This document shows positions 10,142-19,150 of a DNA stretch of 64,000 bases, in pieces (the stretch's first letter is position 1; the number at the start of each line of letters is the position of its first letter). A model generated the notes under the pieces. The model worked only from the letters and a program-made list of their open reading frames with translations. It made no database searches and was not told the DNA's origin. The translations under genes and the position numbers were made by a program. The DNA is from an uncultured virus (IMG/VR IMGVR_UViG_2576861727_000003) (taxonomy: Duplodnaviria > Heunggongvirae > Uroviricota > Caudoviricetes). Location: IMG/VR virus record IMGVR_UViG_2576861727_000003. One strand, 5' to 3'.

Positions 10142-10198
10142 TGTCTGACCTCCTTTATTAAGAGTAAGGCGGTAGCCGAAACCACCGCCATATTATTA

Positions 10199-11158
10199 TC
10201 AAGATACTGTTACAGCAATTGTAGCTGTTACAGCTTTGTAGTCCTCAGTTGCAGAACTAATTACAGTAACATCAGTTGTACCAATTGCTACGCCAGTAAT
10301 GGTTATCTTACCATTAGCATAAGCCGCAGTTGCTACGTCTGTATCACCTACAAGCAGTACAATAGCACCAGTGCTTGTAACATCAACATCAGCAGTTTCC
10401 TCAGCTGCAACCGCAACTGTATCGGTAGACAGATTGAGTATACCTGTGGTTCTCCACATATCTTCCAGTTCCTCCGCAGTTATCGCTACAAGTTCCTCAT
10501 GTTTTACATAGCCACTCAGGTCTATCTCGGTATCACCAATCTTTTCCCAACCCGCAGTTGTACCATCAAGATTTATATATTCGTCCTTGACATTATTGAC
10601 CTGACCTACTTTACAAGTCTTTGTCTCAGCAGTAAATGTGCCATCGTCAATGTTTGCCTGAACTGTCTCCGCATCTGCACCAGTTACGTCCTCGACAAAA
10701 TTACCACCAACATCATACTTCTGAAAAGCAGGAGTTGTTTCATCACCAGTGGGGAAATAGAAAGAATCGTCTGTACTATCTACATAACCATCAAGTGTTT
10801 GCTTCTTTGGTACGAGATATATAACATTGGTCTTTATGTCGGTAGTGGGCAGTTCCTCAACTACCTCAAAATGACCAGCCGCATCAATCAGTTCGTCAAT
10901 CTCGTCTTTGTTATAAGTAATCTGCTTATACTCAGGGTCAAGTGTTTCAGGATTAAGGACAACCCTGTAGAAATCGCCATTCTTATAAGTCGCAGTTGTA
11001 TCGCCAATGTACTGATATACGTCACCTACCATTTCAGAAGTAATGGTAGGCATAACCATAAACTGTATAATGTCCTGCTTCTTCGCAAGTCTGCGCTTTA
11101 TCTCGGTTATCAGTTCTTGTGTTCTAAGTTGATTCATATATTTAAGAGTTGTAGGCAT
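10199..11158 (-). CDS. Virion protein with C-terminal Ig-like (Big_2-type) domain
   Basis: DTDVATAAYANGKITITGVAIGTTDVTV; start at MPTTLK after GGAGG. Confidence 0.65.
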   Translation of the reverse strand: MPTTLKYMNQLRTQELITEIKRRLAKKQDIIQFMVMPTITSEMVGDVYQYIGDTTATYKNGDFYRVVLNPETLDPEYKQITYNKDEIDELIDAAGHFEVVEELPTTDIKTNVIYLVPKKQTLDGYVDSTDDSFYFPTGDETTPAFQKYDVGGNFVEDVTGADAETVQANIDDGTFTAETKTCKVGQVNNVKDEYINLDGTTAGWEKIGDTEIDLSGYVKHEELVAITAEELEDMWRTTGILNLSTDTVAVAAEETADVDVTSTGAIVLLVGDTDVATAAYANGKITITGVAIGTTDVTVISSATEDYKAVTATIAVTVS

Positions 11159-11178
11159 AATAAAACCTCCTTTAATTA

Positions 11179-11841
11179 TCAGTTGTTCCACATATCTTCC
11201 AATTCTTCGGATGATATGTTGTTTACGTCAATTGTGGTCAAATGTGTTTCGCTGTCGTATTCAATCGTCACGCCAAGCCCAGCGGTCAGCTTATCCTGCT
11301 TTTTATCAAGCGCATCATAGATTACTTTGTTCTGTACAGGATTGGTTGAAGTGTCATTGATTTCGTCATCGACTTTAAACTTCTCTTGCCAAGTAGTACC
11401 GTTCCAAAAATAAAAACAGTTTTCCTCGTAGGCAAAATACATTTTTCGGTCTGCACTCGTGAAGCGCATCGGTAAATAGTCTTTGTTCCTTACAATATCA
11501 TAGTTACCATCAGGCGAACCTATTTCATTCCATTTCGTATCATCAAATGTGGAATCACTGTTTTCGACAATACATCTATAAAATGCGCTTTCATAAATTG
11601 CAAGGTCGCCGTATTTATATGTGTTGCCAGCTTCCCATACGTAAATAGGAGTGCCGTCATATACTTCCATGACACGGGTTTCAACCGTACCAGAATCACC
11701 AGTCCATTTGAATGTGACCCTGTTAACGCCGTCTTGATGAACAATGCTCTCTATAGTGCAATTTTTTCCCTTTAGGTAGCCCAACCCGTCTATAGTCTTG
11801 CGTACATAACCTTTACAAAGTGCATAAGTAACAGCATCCAT
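11179..11841 (-). CDS. Virion protein with a CBM5/12-like carbohydrate-binding repeat
   Basis: WEAGNTYKYGDLAIYESAFYRC..W motif. Confidence 0.55.
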   Translation of the reverse strand: MDAVTYALCKGYVRKTIDGLGYLKGKNCTIESIVHQDGVNRVTFKWTGDSGTVETRVMEVYDGTPIYVWEAGNTYKYGDLAIYESAFYRCIVENSDSTFDDTKWNEIGSPDGNYDIVRNKDYLPMRFTSADRKMYFAYEENCFYFWNGTTWQEKFKVDDEINDTSTNPVQNKVIYDALDKKQDKLTAGLGVTIEYDSETHLTTIDVNNISSEELEDMWNN

Positions 11842-11876
11842 ACTTTAATCACCTCTCTTTTACACGCTTTAATCAA

Positions 11877-12071
11877 TTACTGCTGAATCCAGCGTTTATT
11901 TTCCTTATCGAAGAAGAACACTTCTCCCGTGTCAATCTCTAAGAATACACTACCATTATCAAGTGTAATATCTTCCCAACTCTCTAAAGGTTTCTCGTCT
12001 GTAGATAAGCCCCAGAGTTCCGCAGGAAGCCTGTTGTCCTTACTGCCATACTTATTCAAAGTTACAGCCAT
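11877..12071 (-). CDS. Small conserved phage tail-region protein
   Basis: GLSTDEKP..NGSVFLEIDTGEVFFFD motif. Confidence 0.65.
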   Translation of the reverse strand: MAVTLNKYGSKDNRLPAELWGLSTDEKPLESWEDITLDNGSVFLEIDTGEVFFFDKENKRWIQQ

Positions 12072-12087
12072 ATTTTCTCACCCTTTC

Positions 12088-12471
12088 TCATTTTCCAAAA
12101 ATGTTTGGGAACAAATTGCCAAGCAAGAAAGCAAGTATGCCAGTACCAATAGTTGTGATAATAAACTTACCAATACTATCAAACCAACCCGCTTTCTTTC
12201 TAATAGCCTCGTTCTTAACGTCTGCAATTTCATCTTTCATTTCAGACTGCGCCACCTTAATCTCGGCAACGTCACTCTTGAAAGAAGAAACATCATCTTT
12301 AAATACCGTCATATCTTTAGCTATTAGTTCAACGCTTGTAGCAAGCTGATTTAACGCCTTGCTTTCTTCTCGTATTTCTTTTATATCAGATTTGATTTCA
12401 TCAATTTGGTGTGTGTTTGATTTTGACCTTTCAACTGTCTGTGTCAATATTTCTAAATATTTTTCTTCCAT
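12088..12471 (-). CDS. Coiled-coil protein with C-terminal TM helix (XhlA/holin-accessory-like)
   Basis: ERSKSNTHQIDE coiled coil plus hydrophobic C-terminus; next to the holin. Confidence 0.6.
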   Translation of the reverse strand: MEEKYLEILTQTVERSKSNTHQIDEIKSDIKEIREESKALNQLATSVELIAKDMTVFKDDVSSFKSDVAEIKVAQSEMKDEIADVKNEAIRKKAGWFDSIGKFIITTIGTGILAFLLGNLFPNIFGK

Positions 12472-12500
12472 GTCTTATACACTCCTGTCGTTTAATTATT

Positions 12501-12812
12501 TTATTTATCCACACCTTTTCGTTCATTCATCTGATGTACCGCCGCTTCAAGAAGCATATTGATTTCAGCCTCACTTACTTCAATGCCCTTTTCATTCAGC
12601 ATTTCTACAAATGTAGATTTTGCTTTTTCCAACTTATCCTTACCATGCAATGCAGTAAATACCTGTTCAACGTATCGAACAGTAAGCATAGCTATCTCTT
12701 TCTTCGTGTCGGTATTAACATACTGACTATACTTAGCTTTAATTAAGCCAATCAAAAAAGTTCCTACTGTTGCGAGAACAATAGGAATTATCTGCATTAT
12801 AATATCTTTCAT
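12501..12812 (-). CDS. Holin (LL-H-like)
   Basis: N-terminal TM segment, VRYVEQ..GKDKLEKA..LEAAVHQMN. Confidence 0.75.
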   Translation of the reverse strand: MKDIIMQIIPIVLATVGTFLIGLIKAKYSQYVNTDTKKEIAMLTVRYVEQVFTALHGKDKLEKAKSTFVEMLNEKGIEVSEAEINMLLEAAVHQMNERKGVDK

Positions 12813-12836
12813 AAATATTTCACTCCTTTATATTTT

Positions 12837-13583
12837 TTACGTCCACGGCGTTTCAGTAACAAGTATTTGTCCTTTCATATCACCTCTTGTACCATATGAG
12901 TCGGTAGAGACATATAACGCCATGTTCGTACTATATGGACTACGACCAAGCACATATCCATCATTTGAACTTCCTGTTTTATTTATTACTGTGCCATCCG
13001 ACCTCTTAACTAAATCAACATCATAGTATACATTGTCAACGATAGGTATACAACAGCCCGCTGGTCTTAATTCACCATTGACGTTTGTAAACAGCATATT
13101 CGCCCTCCAATTTTCGGTGAACGCATATAATTTATTTACCATCACTATATCGTAGCCACTAGGGAAGTTAAATCCATATGGACAATACCAATAATCATCA
13201 GTGCCATTGTCAATAAACCAAGAACAGCTTGAACTTGGATAACTACTGCCAAATCTCAACGCAACCGCCGATGTAAACCATTTATCATCTGAATATATAT
13301 CATGGTCGCTTATTGCACTACTTCCACTTGTTCTAAAAACCATAGTTGGTGCGGCAAGTAAATCTACCGTAATTTGTTGAGATGGGTCAGGGGGAGATGG
13401 TATACTTCCTACTGTCGGTGTAGTTCTAAATTCATACTCTATATTATATTTATCCATCGGTGCTATATTTTGAGTATAGGAAACATTATATAATGTTGAT
13501 GGTTTATGAATAGGTCTGCTTGCATATTTAACAACCAAATCTAAGTCTGTTTGAAAATTCACATCATGAATATTTAGCAACAC
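12837..13583 (-). CDS. Tail tip / baseplate-associated protein
   Basis: Position in the tail operon; beta-rich composition. Confidence 0.5.
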   Translation of the reverse strand: MLLNIHDVNFQTDLDLVVKYASRPIHKPSTLYNVSYTQNIAPMDKYNIEYEFRTTPTVGSIPSPPDPSQQITVDLLAAPTMVFRTSGSSAISDHDIYSDDKWFTSAVALRFGSSYPSSSCSWFIDNGTDDYWYCPYGFNFPSGYDIVMVNKLYAFTENWRANMLFTNVNGELRPAGCCIPIVDNVYYDVDLVKRSDGTVINKTGSSNDGYVLGRSPYSTNMALYVSTDSYGTRGDMKGQILVTETPWT

Positions 13584-13596
13584 TATTAACCACCCC

Positions 13597-14568
13597 CTAA
13601 GTTCTTGGTTCTGCTCTTTTAGCTACCGCAAAATCATAGCACTTTTCATCGAAACTATCAATCGGTATAATGCTATAACTATTACTTCCATGAAGATATA
13701 TATGCGCTTGATATCCACCACTTATATATTGCTCGACATATTTAATCGTGTTTGGGTCAGAATCTTGAATATAACCTACATAAAAAAAGAGATTATTATT
13801 TTTAACATATCCGTATGGCGTGGACTGTCCATCATAGTCAGGTAAACCTGAAATACTACTAATAGTAGGTACTATAAATATATCAGATGGGTCTGATATA
13901 CCCCATGTGCTAAACGCTCCCGAATATAACAATGTTCCTGTGCTTTTATTATATTGTGTGCATCGCACTACTGGATAAAATGTAACTTTACCTGAACTAT
14001 AATTTCTTTGGCTTATAAATAAATCTACTGTATGCCTACATTCAATAAATTCATCTTCTGCTGTATCTCGCCAATAACTGTCAAATTCTAAATGATTTCC
14101 AAATATATCAACATCTGCTACTGTTAAGGGAGCATTGTTAAATTTAATAGCATACCCTTGTAATGACATTAACGTGTGTGCGCCATATATCAATTTAGTC
14201 TTGGCGTTAACGTCAAGTATCAATTCTTCCGAAGTTCCTACGGGGCTAACATCTGGGTCATAATGTGGTGTTTCCTCAACGTCATAGCTAGTTATACGAA
14301 CAGGATTAACTTCGCCATTTACTTTATCAATCCAACCAGCGTCAGGTGTTGTTCGATAACCTACTTTAACACCTTGTCCTGTAAATATCTTATTACCAGA
14401 AGCGTTAATTAAATCTTCAATTACTTGCCCAGTGATAAGTCTAACAGTTGCGGATTCAAACAAAGATGAATGAGAATTGACAGCAAGAACAATTGCATCA
14501 ATTAATTTCAGAGTCTTGTCATCTGTTTGTCCACAACTCCTAATTATTTTCTCCCAATTATCCATCAT
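13597..14568 (-). CDS. Tail-tip protein, paralog 2
   Basis: MDNWEKII..NASGNK..VKVGYRTTP..FGNHLEFDSYWRD shared with the adjacent gene. Confidence 0.6.
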   Translation of the reverse strand: MMDNWEKIIRSCGQTDDKTLKLIDAIVLAVNSHSSLFESATVRLITGQVIEDLINASGNKIFTGQGVKVGYRTTPDAGWIDKVNGEVNPVRITSYDVEETPHYDPDVSPVGTSEELILDVNAKTKLIYGAHTLMSLQGYAIKFNNAPLTVADVDIFGNHLEFDSYWRDTAEDEFIECRHTVDLFISQRNYSSGKVTFYPVVRCTQYNKSTGTLLYSGAFSTWGISDPSDIFIVPTISSISGLPDYDGQSTPYGYVKNNNLFFYVGYIQDSDPNTIKYVEQYISGGYQAHIYLHGSNSYSIIPIDSFDEKCYDFAVAKRAEPRT

Positions 14569-15575
14569 TAACCTCCACTTAACGCCCTAGGAACTGTTCT
14601 CTTTGTAACCGCAAGGTCAAAACATTCTTCCGCAAATGAAGTAATTGGAATACAACATTGGCTATTGCCGCCATCCGAACCTTGTAAGTTTGCGGAATAT
14701 TGATATGAACCGCCGCCACCAATACCAGTAGTTTTTATTACATCGGGGTTAGCCGCTTCAATTCCACCAAATTGTACATAGAGTTTGTTAAATGGTATAT
14801 GACCATACGGAGTAGGTTGACCATTAAATTCAGGTAGGGTTGAAAAACCTGTAATGTATGGGATAAGAAAGAAATCTGTTAAATCCCTATAATTATTCCA
14901 AGCTTGGCTAGTTGCTGACCATACCAATTGTCCTGTTGACTTGATGAATCGTTTCCTTATCATTGCTAAAGTATAAGTATAATGTCCGACACCCGATGAT
15001 ACACCATAAGTCATTTCTTTTATGCATACATCCACCGTATGATGACATTCAACAAATGTCGTTTCACTTGCACTATCTCGCCAATAACTGTCAAATTCTA
15101 AATGATTTCCGAAATTTGAAGCATCTGCGGCTGTTATGCTTACACTACTATATTTGGTAGGGTTTCCCTGAACTGATATCAACTTAGGGTGTCCACCATA
15201 CATAAGTTTAGTATTAGCATTAATGTCGCATATCATTTCTTGTTCCGCTGTCCATTGATGTATATTATTGATATCAAATACCGCCGCAGTTTCAACATCA
15301 TAACCAACCAGTCTTAACGGATTAGGTTTACCGCTTGTAATGTCAATCCAACCCGCACTGGGCGTAGTCCTATAACCTACTTTTACATTCTGACCAATAA
15401 ACAATTTGTTGCCAGAAGCATTTGGTACTTTTTCAATTATTTGCCCTGTGACAAGTTTTACATCAGCCGCAACGAATTGTGAATCCACGGAGATAACAGT
15501 GGCATCAATCAGCTTTACAGTCGAATTATTATCGGCTTGTGAATATCCTTTGATAATTTTCTCCCAATTATCCAT
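14568..15575 (-). CDS. Tail-tip protein, paralog 1
   Basis: Same conserved blocks as 13597..14568. Confidence 0.6.
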   Translation of the reverse strand: MDNWEKIIKGYSQADNNSTVKLIDATVISVDSQFVAADVKLVTGQIIEKVPNASGNKLFIGQNVKVGYRTTPSAGWIDITSGKPNPLRLVGYDVETAAVFDINNIHQWTAEQEMICDINANTKLMYGGHPKLISVQGNPTKYSSVSITAADASNFGNHLEFDSYWRDSASETTFVECHHTVDVCIKEMTYGVSSGVGHYTYTLAMIRKRFIKSTGQLVWSATSQAWNNYRDLTDFFLIPYITGFSTLPEFNGQPTPYGHIPFNKLYVQFGGIEAANPDVIKTTGIGGGGSYQYSANLQGSDGGNSQCCIPITSFAEECFDLAVTKRTVPRALSGG

Positions 15576-15577
15576 TG

Positions 15578-16879
15578 TTAATCTCCACCTCCGTTTCCAC
15601 TATCTGGGTCAGGCTCAGGTTCAACATCTTCTTCAATCTCGATTGCCATAGGTGCTTCTATGTCAGTAGGCAACCACTGAACATTAACCACTGCAATCTG
15701 CATAGCTTGTATGCCACTGATTGTAATGGACTGTATTAAGAATGGCGATTTATCATATCCAAAATAAGAATCAGTTATTGTTATAACTTCCTCAACATCT
15801 AAATGTGGAATTAATGGTGCAGTAAATGAAACCGCCAAAGTCATGCAAGTTTTTTGCAACAGCAGATATTCTGCGTGTTGTCTACATCTATCTATCATAA
15901 CTTCTTTATCTGTTGTATCGCCAACAGGAATGTATGTAATAGGATTATCTTTATTACCACGATAACCAACGTGAGAAATCGCAATAGGACTATGAGGATT
16001 ATCGTTAATTGCTGTGTAACTATAAACCTCGCCCTCAGTGTTATCTGTAGCTACCATAATATAGTTGCAGCCATCCATTTCATAGTTGGTAGATGGTTCA
16101 ATATACCCCGATTTCAAATCATCAAAATGCCATTGTGCGCCTTTATAAATATAAAAGAACGGTATGTCATCGTTGAATATTCTACGTACAACCATTCTGC
16201 CATTAACATCATAATAAACGTCAGCACCTAGCATACTTGCAAGCTGTATAAATATCTCGCCAAGATACGTACCTGGGTCGAGCGTTATATCATTAATGGT
16301 TTTTATCTGTTCAAATGATGGGTCTATCAATGGTAATATCGGGTCAATGGGTAATCCATTGCCGAGGTCAAGCATAAGCGTACACCTGATAACCTCACCG
16401 ATTGAACTACCAGCTTCAACCTTGTATGTTTCCTGTATCATATGAGTATTAAGAGTACCATCAAGAAATCCGAATTTATCAACGCCATTAATGGTCAACA
16501 TATATCTTTGTGCCGAAGCATTAGAACATATGAATACTCCTTGCGCAAACCAATATACATTACCTTTATCGTAGTCATGTACGCCTGTATACAACTTGAA
16601 CTTCTTATTATACCAAAACGGATGATTATAATTTGGTAAATACTTTTTATCTACGTCAATCATAGTCAGGGTACAAGTTCGCCTCATACCCTGTTGATTG
16701 TTTATATTAATAGTGTAGTATTCATCATCAGACACATCTCTGATAATCTCACCATACGACCTTTCATTGTGGTCAAGGATTTCACATTTAAAACAATGAG
16801 TAACAACTGGCTGTTGAATTAACCAGTTATATCTGTCATCAGTTAGATTATAATATTCAGCCAATGTTCTCACCTCCAA
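15578..16879 (-). CDS. Baseplate hub / tail protein
   Basis: Second gene after the tape measure gene; GVDKFGFLDG..YYDVNGRMV pattern. Confidence 0.55.
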   Translation of the reverse strand: MEVRTLAEYYNLTDDRYNWLIQQPVVTHCFKCEILDHNERSYGEIIRDVSDDEYYTININNQQGMRRTCTLTMIDVDKKYLPNYNHPFWYNKKFKLYTGVHDYDKGNVYWFAQGVFICSNASAQRYMLTINGVDKFGFLDGTLNTHMIQETYKVEAGSSIGEVIRCTLMLDLGNGLPIDPILPLIDPSFEQIKTINDITLDPGTYLGEIFIQLASMLGADVYYDVNGRMVVRRIFNDDIPFFYIYKGAQWHFDDLKSGYIEPSTNYEMDGCNYIMVATDNTEGEVYSYTAINDNPHSPIAISHVGYRGNKDNPITYIPVGDTTDKEVMIDRCRQHAEYLLLQKTCMTLAVSFTAPLIPHLDVEEVITITDSYFGYDKSPFLIQSITISGIQAMQIAVVNVQWLPTDIEAPMAIEIEEDVEPEPDPDSGNGGGD

Positions 16880-19087
16880 TTAATAGAACACACACTTATT
16901 TTTATTTTTACTTTCTGCCCATTCATAACGAACCTTTGTGTATATCGGGTCATAAGTTTCATCATACTGTCTTGATGGACTATTTACAATACTTACCACC
17001 CACACATCTCCTTTATCTGATTTCAGTAAGAATGGATTATCGCCACATATAAAATCCATCCACTTATTAACACGTTCAATATCATCAATCACTTGATTAT
17101 CAGGACAAGACACTGATAGTAAATTAGCAGTAAACGAACCGCTTTCATACTTAGTATTGTTCCTAGTAGTCTTTGCGTAAGCCGATGTTCCAACGTGTAG
17201 CGCAGAAGTAATATTACGTGTAATGTCACCACTGTCAATTTCAGAAATAAATTTCCATTCATCACCAACTTGCATATAGTGGCGGTTGACTTTATCTTCT
17301 TTGGGAGTTAAGCCTATAATTCTCCAACCTTCCCATTTAGTATGAACATTATAAACATATACCGCACAGCATGGCGCACCATAATTAGCACCAGTTCTAT
17401 CGTCCTTAACAACTATCTCATACTGATACGTAGAATTGTTAGCCGCTGAATAGTCAATAAATCTAAATCCATACATACCATGATGTATATAACTTTGTTT
17501 AGCATTGCCTAAAAAATGCGCAAAACGAGCAACTGTGCCATCTTTGTATATCTCACGCCTGAATATACCAAATGTGTACATCGCATTTGTTTCCCAATTT
17601 AATGTAATTTTAGAGTCATATATCGTTATATCATTAGATTGGTCGTTTGCAATAAAGGGTTGGTCGTTAATTGATACTGGGGTGAACTCAATGTCATCAT
17701 ATCCATGTTCTGGGTCTTCCTCTGCTCTGCCAACAGCATAAATGGTATTTGCCATATCGTCATCTTGTGTGGCTATATTCAATTTGACGTAATGTCCATA
17801 AGTAAACGGATGTACTGGAAATCCTGCTTGTAGGTCATAGCTAAATATTCTATCAGTTTCTTCAATTAATTCACCGCTAGATTGTATATTGGTTTCAGTC
17901 CATTTACTAGGATTAAACGTTCCACTTGTAGCAGACCTACAATAATACGCTTTACCATTATAAATAACTTTGTCTCCCACTGTGTAATTGCGAGTAGTTG
18001 AGTAAGCATCTATGTCAAGAGCATATAATTGATACTGATACCATTTTAAGCCAACGGCTTCTGAATGTGCGTAAGTTCCTTCGCAGTTAAAGCCAACCCC
18101 TAAAGCATCTTTCTCAGCACGACTTGCGGTTTCTCTGTCAGCACTTAATTCAACGGTAGTTGTTATGGTTGGTTTATTTCTCCACTTGAAATCGTACCAA
18201 CCTGTCTCTAAATAGTTAACATACATCTTATATGCATTGTGTTTGTCTATTTTAAAATAACTACCACTAGACAACGTATCGTCTTGAATCCTAGTCACTT
18301 CTTGTGCAGTATAACCCTGAGTGTTAGGATTAAATGTGACTTTTTGGAAAGAAACAATACCAGTAGTTTTATCATAAGCAGATATCATATGGCGTTCATA
18401 CATAATGTCCATATATATAGCACCTAGTAAAATTTCATGGTGCGTTGTAGTTCCTTCTTCTGTCGTGTCCCAACCATAATAAAACGGTTCTTTAATATTT
18501 TCAAGGTTTGGCTCTATAACAGTTTGATTACTATAAACTCTCGTCCAGTGAGAAGCATTAAAGCTTGAACCGTCAGAGTTATATTCATCATCTTCGTTTT
18601 TTGTTATTGCTGTGTTACAAGCATAGATATATCCACTACTGGTGCATACATCACCACGCGCATAAGCAGACTTGTTATTATAAGAAGTGTAATTTTTTTG
18701 ATAAATTTTACCACGAGCATAATACATATCTGGCATAGGTCTACCCGCAATAGATGTACTACCTGACCTCATGCCTTCGGGATAATGTTGGAACAATCTA
18801 AAGAAGTGCTTATAGTTATGACCTGGAACTAATCTTGCTGCCATCCAACCATCGGAATCAACGTACCCAACTCGTTGTCCATTGTGAATAACACTTAAAT
18901 GACCGCCTTGCGGCATAACATAATTTAGCGTACCTAGAGTTGAACCACCGTTATCTTCCATGTCACGAACTTGTCCTTGTACAAAAGTCAGTAAATCTCC
19001 CTGAAAAGTAAAGCCCATACTAATAGTATCTCCAACAGTTTTAACTCTGCCGCCGCTAGGTTCAACATTAATTGGTGTCTGTAACAT
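16880..19087 (-). CDS. Distal tail-like protein with CBM5/12-like inserts
   Basis: Directly follows the tape measure gene; YSTTRNYTVGDKVIYNGKAYYC..FNPSKW repeats. Confidence 0.55.
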   Translation of the reverse strand: MLQTPINVEPSGGRVKTVGDTISMGFTFQGDLLTFVQGQVRDMEDNGGSTLGTLNYVMPQGGHLSVIHNGQRVGYVDSDGWMAARLVPGHNYKHFFRLFQHYPEGMRSGSTSIAGRPMPDMYYARGKIYQKNYTSYNNKSAYARGDVCTSSGYIYACNTAITKNEDDEYNSDGSSFNASHWTRVYSNQTVIEPNLENIKEPFYYGWDTTEEGTTTHHEILLGAIYMDIMYERHMISAYDKTTGIVSFQKVTFNPNTQGYTAQEVTRIQDDTLSSGSYFKIDKHNAYKMYVNYLETGWYDFKWRNKPTITTTVELSADRETASRAEKDALGVGFNCEGTYAHSEAVGLKWYQYQLYALDIDAYSTTRNYTVGDKVIYNGKAYYCRSATSGTFNPSKWTETNIQSSGELIEETDRIFSYDLQAGFPVHPFTYGHYVKLNIATQDDDMANTIYAVGRAEEDPEHGYDDIEFTPVSINDQPFIANDQSNDITIYDSKITLNWETNAMYTFGIFRREIYKDGTVARFAHFLGNAKQSYIHHGMYGFRFIDYSAANNSTYQYEIVVKDDRTGANYGAPCCAVYVYNVHTKWEGWRIIGLTPKEDKVNRHYMQVGDEWKFISEIDSGDITRNITSALHVGTSAYAKTTRNNTKYESGSFTANLLSVSCPDNQVIDDIERVNKWMDFICGDNPFLLKSDKGDVWVVSIVNSPSRQYDETYDPIYTKVRYEWAESKNKNKCVFY

Positions 19088-19150
19088 TCTCTCACCTCTT
19101 TCAATATATAATAAGAGCGCTACCATGTTACTGATAGCGCCCATAATTGT

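Noticed and set aside
10106..11320. 404-aa plus-strand ORF
   Set aside because: Antisense shadow of the codon-biased Ig-domain gene; no RBS and implausible composition
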